Notes under the pieces: generated by a model | The model's database searches: none | What the model saw: the letters and a program-made list of their open reading frames with translations, nothing else | What the model was told of the DNA's origin: nothing | From: an uncultured virus (IMG/VR IMGVR_UViG_3300029775_000206) | Lineage: Duplodnaviria > Heunggongvirae > Uroviricota > Caudoviricetes | Direction: 5' to 3' (one strand) | DNA: 64,000 nucleotides | Virus record (IMG/VR): IMGVR_UViG_3300029775_000206 | Span: 1 to 64,000 of that record | Part shown: positions 58,600-64,000 of the stretch, one piece after another | Layout of the letters: the number at the start of each line of letters is the position of its first letter | Numbering within the stretch: position 1 is the first letter of the stretch | Program-made: the position numbers and the translations under genes

Positions 58600-59568
58600 A
58601 TGTTTACCAATAATATAGCACAAAGGATTTTATTTGCTCCTCCACTCCGAGGAGCAGATACTTTATTAATATTAAGTGGATATGCTACTCCTAATATGGC
58701 ATCGTGGCTAATTAAGAATTTTCAGGAGCAAAATATGCACCTTGTCAATATTTCACTGCTTATAGGCATGGTACCTTATGATGGGTTAAGTGTTCCTATA
58801 CACGAGGGCTTTAAGGAACTCCATGGCAAGGCATACCCAAATGCCGTGGATAGCTTTTCCTGCAGTTATGTTTGCGAAAACCCTCCGGTTCATGCAAATT
58901 TGTATATTTGGTTAAAAGGTGAATTGCCAATGCAGGCATATACAGGTTCTGCTGATTTTGTGCAGAATGCATTTATTCCATCTCGAAAAGAAATCATGGA
59001 ATGCTGTGATCCAGAAGAAGCATATAAATTTTTTCAGGAAGTTGAGGCAAATTCCATCTATTGTAACCATGCAGAGGTCGAAGATCATATCGTTCTCCGT
59101 CCAACACATCAAATTCTAGATGCTGAAAATAAGCCAATAACCACTTTGGCTGGAGAAGGTATTATTTCCACAACACTGTCTCTTCTTACAAATAGAGATG
59201 ATATTGGAGAAAGGTCCGGTTTAAATTGGGGACAACGCAAGGGCAGAAATAAAAACCAAGCATATATCCATCTTCCTGCAAAAATTGCAAGAAGTGGTTT
59301 CTTCCCGCTTGATAAACAGCATTTTACTGTTGTTACAGACGACGGTCACACGCTTCTTTTAAGGGTCGAGCAGCAAAACAACAAGGCAATTACAACACCT
59401 CTTAGCAATGCTCAGCTTGGAGAATACTTCCGAAACCGTTTAGGCCTTGGAAATGGTGCATTCGTAACAAAGCAAGATTTACTGAACTATGGAAGAACGG
59501 ATGTTACTTTTTACAAAATTGATGACGAAACATTTTATATGGATTTTTCTCATCATCCATCTGTGTGA
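58600..59568 (+). CDS. Second NgoFVII-like PLD protein with a degenerate active site
   Basis: LSGYA, HANLY, TGSADF; SGLNWGQ and VVTDDG in the C-terminal region. Confidence 0.75.
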   Translation: MFTNNIAQRILFAPPLRGADTLLILSGYATPNMASWLIKNFQEQNMHLVNISLLIGMVPYDGLSVPIHEGFKELHGKAYPNAVDSFSCSYVCENPPVHANLYIWLKGELPMQAYTGSADFVQNAFIPSRKEIMECCDPEEAYKFFQEVEANSIYCNHAEVEDHIVLRPTHQILDAENKPITTLAGEGIISTTLSLLTNRDDIGERSGLNWGQRKGRNKNQAYIHLPAKIARSGFFPLDKQHFTVVTDDGHTLLLRVEQQNNKAITTPLSNAQLGEYFRNRLGLGNGAFVTKQDLLNYGRTDVTFYKIDDETFYMDFSHHPSV

Positions 59569-59581
59569 GGGGGAATTTCAT

Positions 59582-60004
59582 TTGTCAGATAATCATTCCA
59601 AAGAAATTCGAAGCATGAATATGTCACATATCCGAAGCACAAATTCTAAGCCGGAAGAAATTGTTCGGAAGTACCTGTTTTCCCGCGGTCTGCGATACAG
59701 AAAAAATGTACGCACTCTTCCTGGCTGCCCCGATGTGGTCCTGCCCAAATACAAAACTGTAATATTTGTAAATGGGTGCTTTTGGCATCATCATGACTGT
59801 GGTCGTTTTGTATGGCCGTCAACCAATGAAGAATATTGGCATAATAAAATTGACAGAAATATCAAGCGTGACAAAAAGAATACCAAACTGCTCGAAGAAC
59901 AGGGATGGAACGTTCTTGTTATTTGGGAATGTCAGCTAAAAAAGTCTGTTGCCGAATCGAATTTGAACGCACTGTACAACAGCATTACTGCACAGCAAAA
60001 ATAA
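59582..60004 (+). CDS. vsr: Very short patch repair endonuclease
   Basis: NMS.I.S..SKPE, LPG.PD, GCFWH.H, IWEC. Confidence 0.92.
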   Translation: MSDNHSKEIRSMNMSHIRSTNSKPEEIVRKYLFSRGLRYRKNVRTLPGCPDVVLPKYKTVIFVNGCFWHHHDCGRFVWPSTNEEYWHNKIDRNIKRDKKNTKLLEEQGWNVLVIWECQLKKSVAESNLNALYNSITAQQK

Positions 60005-60052
60005 AAAACAGCAAAGTGTAAGTCTTTTCAAACTTACTGCTTTGCTGTTTTT
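60003..60052. terminator. Bidirectional terminator between vsr and the methyltransferase
   Basis: AAAAAACAGCAAAG...CTTTGCTGTTTTT inverted repeat. Confidence 0.75.
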
Positions 60053-61104
60053 TACTCATTGATATTTGGTTCTGTTGATTCATAAGGAATTCCGGCAAAA
60101 CTTCTCAGTATTGCTTCAAAGATAATTTGTGCTCCTCTGCTTGGAACAGCCATACCAATTTGTTTTCTGACACTTTCCTTGCTTCCAATAAATCTGTAGG
60201 TATCCGGAAAGGTCTGAAGTCTTGCCCGCTCTCTATTAGTCAAGGCTCGTGGCTCTTCCCAATGATATATATGTGTCCCGCCTCCGCCGCTTCCGGTTAC
60301 TGTATAAGATGGCTTAGTAGGATCAAGGCGCTTATAAATCTGGCTTATTCTTGCACCCGTTATATTAAGCTGGAGGTCTTCCGGCAAATCAGCTGTAAAA
60401 GCATTCTGCCCGGGAAGAATATGCTGCAGTCTTCTAACAACGGTTGCCGATTGCTTCGTTAATTCATTGTTATATGCATCCCTTGGAATAGGAGGATTTT
60501 CTATTGCGTTTCTGCAGGTATTATCAATTCCGGCATAAGGTGCTGTTGATGGAACTCTAAATTCAATATTGATATCATTACGTATACCAACAATTATCAA
60601 ACGGTGTCTTGCCTGAGGTATTCCATACTCCTCAAACTTATACAGATGAGGTGTAATCGTATAGCCAGCCCCTCTCAGTTCATTTAGAATCTTAGTAAAG
60701 GCCTTACCATCATTTGCGTTTCTAAGTCCGCCTACATTCTCTGCTAAAAACCACTGTGGCTTAAAGGTTTTTAAAGCTTTGACGCCATATGAATATAAGG
60801 GACCATATACCCCATCCATACCTTTTTGTTCACCAACAACACTATAATCATTGCAAGGGAAACCAAACGCCAATGCGTCAATCGGGGCTAATTTGGACAT
60901 ATCAAATTTACGAATATCCTCATGGTAAACGGTATTAGGTGCATCGGGGCAAATATTTAATCTATAAGTTTCACAGGTATCCGCATCATAATCATTTGCC
61001 CATTGATGTACAATTCCAAAATCGTCATTATTTATATCTGCATTTATGGCTCCCCAAGCAATCCCGCCCGGACCACAGAACAATTCTCCAAGCCTATAAA
61101 TCAT
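60052..61104 (-). CDS. DNA (cytosine-5)-methyltransferase
   Basis: LFCGPGG, GFPCND, ENV, QARHR, QIGMAVP. Confidence 0.93.
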   Translation of the reverse strand: MIYRLGELFCGPGGIAWGAINADINNDDFGIVHQWANDYDADTCETYRLNICPDAPNTVYHEDIRKFDMSKLAPIDALAFGFPCNDYSVVGEQKGMDGVYGPLYSYGVKALKTFKPQWFLAENVGGLRNANDGKAFTKILNELRGAGYTITPHLYKFEEYGIPQARHRLIIVGIRNDINIEFRVPSTAPYAGIDNTCRNAIENPPIPRDAYNNELTKQSATVVRRLQHILPGQNAFTADLPEDLQLNITGARISQIYKRLDPTKPSYTVTGSGGGGTHIYHWEEPRALTNRERARLQTFPDTYRFIGSKESVRKQIGMAVPSRGAQIIFEAILRSFAGIPYESTEPNINE

Positions 61105-61436
61105 ATCTCATCAACCTTCCTTTTTCTGTTGAGAAAATCGATTTGTGCTTGGATGTATTGCATTTCTTCACCATCAAGGGAAGAAACCCCTTGAAACACA
61201 AACTGATATTCTTTAATATCTTCTTCACTCAAGTAACCTGCTAACTCATAGAGCGGTATCAAATGAATGTTATATAAATTTGCAAGTTTTTTTAAATCAT
61301 CGGGAGTATAATCAATCTGCCCTCTTTCCATCTTGCTAAGTCTTGAATCTGTTATACCGGTTATTTCATATACCTTTTTGAGGCTCAAACCGCTTTTTTC
61401 ACGACTTTCTTTCAATCGATCGCCTAACTCAGACAT
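61101..61436 (-). CDS. XRE-family HTH regulator, probable RM controller
   Basis: LG.RLK..RE..GLS...GI..S.LS.MERG. Confidence 0.85.
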   Translation of the reverse strand: MSELGDRLKESREKSGLSLKKVYEITGITDSRLSKMERGQIDYTPDDLKKLANLYNIHLIPLYELAGYLSEEDIKEYQFVFQGVSSLDGEEMQYIQAQIDFLNRKRKVDEI

Positions 61437-61721
61437 TCTATCACCTCTACAGTAGGATAACATATTCGCTGCGAATAATCAAGACTTTTTTAACATTTGC
61501 TGCATGTCTGCAGCATTACACTAATAGTTTACAAATCTCCCTAATGGAAATTATTCAAGTCTGAAAGCCAAAGTATCTCTTTTTATTCACAAATTTCGAC
61601 ACAGACATTTCGGCCTATCTGTCATCTATTCTATCTCCTCAACCCTATGAAGTTATCTAATCTGTCTACTCAACCCTACGTACATTTTTGCGGTCGACTT
61701 GTTTCCTCAATAAATAAAAAC

Positions 61722-61789
61722 AAGGCTTTTCGAGGTTAAAAGTATCTGCTCAACAACTGGCAGAAAACCTTCCAACCTCGAAAAGCCTT
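61722..61789. repeat. 16-bp inverted repeat just downstream of the rlmD tail (terminator-like)
   Basis: AAGGCTTTTCGAGGTT ... AACCTCGAAAAGCCTT. Confidence 0.6.
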
Positions 61790-61814
61790 TATTCATCAGT
61801 GTTCAGAGTATTCC

Positions 61815-61880
61815 TTATTTCTCCATCCTTGACATCAATACAACACACTCAACGTGGCTTGAGAAAAGCACCTGAATGTC
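61815..61880 (-). other. Right attachment junction with rlmD 3'-end replica (HVECVVLMSRMEK*)
   Basis: GACAT-N12-CTCAA-GCCACG-TTGAG-N12-ATGTC symmetry; 17-bp identity with the left junction. Confidence 0.85.
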
Positions 61881-62142
61881 TGGTTCCCGGACACATTTCC
61901 GTTCGTTTGCGGAAACTGCTCAATGCCGAAAAACGGCGTTTTTACAGGTGCTCTCAGTATGCGGGAATATGTCCAGGTGCTATTTCTACCTATATTACGG
62001 CGGGCAGGAGGGATGCCATCGTCTCAACCTGCTCCTCTGCAGTTCATCAAGCCATTATCAAGGTCTCAACCCCAGCTGCCGCTAACTTGGTCGGCATCTT
62101 GGTCGCTTAACTTGGTCGGTCAGCGATCAAGTTATTGCTGAC

Positions 62143-63261
62143 CTACTGCTGCCTGAACCGGTATTTCCCTTTGCCGAATCCGGAAACTGGCTCAGTGATA
62201 CCCTGTTCTGCCATTTCCTTCAAAAGCTCAGAAGCCCTTGACGCTTTCATATCAAGCACGCGCATGACATCCGACCGTCCAAAGATCGTCTGACCTTGAA
62301 ATTCTTCGCGAAGTTTCAGGATATGCTCCGTCGTTTTAGCTGTAAATCTATTGTCAATATCCGCTTTTAGAGCCTCAATGTCCGATTTTCCATCTTGAAT
62401 GTCCGGTTTTTCCGTTTCAATGTCCGGTTTTTCCGTTTCCTTGAACGCTCCGCTGATATGCAATGTCCGGTTGTGAAGCGGATTGTGCTCGCCAAGCAGG
62501 AGGTTCCTTAAAAACAGTTCCAGATATTCCGTCGTCTCATGGATGCCTTTTGTGAAGTCATTGTAGTTAGCGCGAACAAGCGAATTGCGGAAATACCACG
62601 CATTTTCAGCGAAGATGTCATTCGTTACGTCAAAACCGAGAGTCCGCAAATACTTGATGAAGAACACCGCCGTGGTCCTGGTATTACCTTCACCGAAAGC
62701 ATGAATCTGCCAGAGCCTTGAAACGAAAAACGCAAGATGTCGGGTGATCTCATCCATGGAAAGACCCCGATATGAAAACTTCCGCTCCTCGGAAAAATCA
62801 TACTCCAATGTCGCTCCGAGCTCAGTCGCACTGCCATAAAGCACCGTCGCTCCGTCGAGCACCCATTCCTTCTTCGTGATGTTATAATCACGAATGCGGC
62901 CAGCATGTGGATAGATGCCCGTAAACAATCTTCTGTGAATTGACAGGTACTCATTCGGTGTAAAACTGAATGCCTGCTCGGACAATATCTCTGCGATTCT
63001 GGCAGAAACCTTGTCAGCCTCTTCCGTGCGGTCACCTGCATCACGGGATGGATTCTCCTTGTAATAGCTCTGCAGAAGCGCATTCGCTTCTTTGAAAGAA
63101 ATCTCTCCCTCGATATTGCGAACCGCAGTATGCATCAGATAATCAGATGTCTTCAGGCCATCAACTGCCTGAAGTCCGATGGCCGTATGCCATGCATAGC
63201 CCTTATCCCGCTTATCCGGTTCGGACTCCTTGATATATTCCTTGAAAGGGTCTTTATCCAT
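62143..63261 (-). CDS. Fic-domain protein with C-terminal HTH
   Basis: HAFGEGNTRT Fic motif; KPDI-type repeats; winged-HTH-like end GKGKYRF. Confidence 0.88.
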   Translation of the reverse strand: MDKDPFKEYIKESEPDKRDKGYAWHTAIGLQAVDGLKTSDYLMHTAVRNIEGEISFKEANALLQSYYKENPSRDAGDRTEEADKVSARIAEILSEQAFSFTPNEYLSIHRRLFTGIYPHAGRIRDYNITKKEWVLDGATVLYGSATELGATLEYDFSEERKFSYRGLSMDEITRHLAFFVSRLWQIHAFGEGNTRTTAVFFIKYLRTLGFDVTNDIFAENAWYFRNSLVRANYNDFTKGIHETTEYLELFLRNLLLGEHNPLHNRTLHISGAFKETEKPDIETEKPDIQDGKSDIEALKADIDNRFTAKTTEHILKLREEFQGQTIFGRSDVMRVLDMKASRASELLKEMAEQGITEPVSGFGKGKYRFRQQ

Positions 63262-63613
63262 CCGCGCTCACCTTCCTTTTTCCTATTTCAACTGACACTG
63301 CGACACTCATCGTTAAAAAAGTCAAGCTGCGCATGACATCTAATCCCGACACTCGCGCCGTATCTATCTTCACTCCGACTTTGATACAATCGCAGTATGT
63401 AGACCCCCGCACAGGAATGTGCGAGAAAGCCTGAAATAAAGGGATTCCGGCACTCATGGCTTTCCGAACCGCTGCCTGATTACAGCCAAAAGGAAGGAAC
63501 GATGTCCTTACCGCTGTTGTTGTTCCTGGCATTTTGCACCCCTCCTTCCTGTGAGATGTTATAATCGTTAAAATGTATAGCTATCGTTAAAAGGTGTTAA
63601 TTCGTTAAATCGT

Positions 63614-64000
63614 TTATTGCCTGATGCTTATCCCAAAATGGTCCTTCACAATCTTATTCAACTGATTCTGAATTTCCGAAAACTCCTGATTCAAATCAAG
63701 TGTTTTGACCGATATCTGGTTACCGCTCATCTGATAAACATTGTCGGGGACAAGATCTTCATCCGTCTTTGCATACAGAAGCATCCCGGACACCTTATGT
63801 CCGGTGCCTTGTAACTCAGCTTCCTTATTCTTCACATAGGTGAAGATCTGATACATGTTGCCGGAATGCAGTGTCTTCACATCGAAGTTTGTCTGCAACG
63901 TCCGCTCATAATACTTGGCATCGATGATAAGTGTCTGGTTCCCATAAGTCAGTGTAATGTCCGTTTGCATAACCGGGAGCAATGCATCATACCCATCATC
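63614..64000 (-). CDS. mcrC: McrC-like restriction subunit, C-terminal part (runs off the window)
   Basis: MQTDI...IIDAKYY, HS.N.YQIF.Y, GMLLYA. Confidence 0.85.
   Translation of the reverse strand, partial: DDGYDALLPVMQTDITLTYGNQTLIIDAKYYERTLQTNFDVKTLHSGNMYQIFTYVKNKEAELQGTGHKVSGMLLYAKTDEDLVPDNVYQMSGNQISVKTLDLNQEFSEIQNQLNKIVKDHFGISIRQ

Larger units (their letters stand above)
6313..61856 (-). mobile_element. Integrated siphovirus-like prophage (~55.5 kb) with serine recombinases, resembling the phi-m46.1/phi-SsUD.1 gene order
   Basis: Complete replication, packaging, head, tail, lysis and recombinase modules bounded by direct-repeat att cores. Confidence 0.88.

Noticed and set aside
61799..62141. 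Three overlapping plus-strand ORFs
   Set aside because: No RBS or motifs; the region is better explained as att and half-site sequence.
63254..63532. 92-aa minus-strand ORF
   Set aside because: It has an RBS and abuts the Fic gene, so it may be real, but nothing recognisable supports a call.
1..64000. rRNA, tRNA or an intact rlmD gene
   Set aside because: None recognised by eye; only short rlmD 3'-end replicas are present.

Overview
AT-rich Clostridia/Firmicutes-type DNA made of three mobile elements in tandem. Two near-identical junctions (core CTCAACGTGGCTTGAGA at 6305-6321 and 61848-61864) each carry a replica of the last 13 codons plus stop of the 23S rRNA methyltransferase gene rlmD/rumA. 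Between them is a ~55.5 kb minus-strand siphovirus-like prophage: a CglI/NgoAVII-like RM cluster, an immunity switch, a sigma-like regulator, PolA/VirE/SNF2 replication genes, a metK + methyltransferase island, an amidoligase/GGCT cassette, HK97-type head, long tail, lysis genes, a three-gene serine-recombinase cassette and AT-rich defence-like cargo. To the left is a LlaJI-like RM module whose McrB-like gene is cut by an IS21-like element. To the right is the end of another element (McrC-like, Fic). A complete group II intron (4388-6288) sits inside the left attachment site, and two IS3-like elements collapsed into N gaps hit the prophage. The most unusual signal is at the junctions: both look like symmetric attP-type sites and are accompanied by several divergent non-coding copies of the rlmD target half-site and by roughly periodic repeats. 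All family names come from motif recognition by eye; no searches were run.
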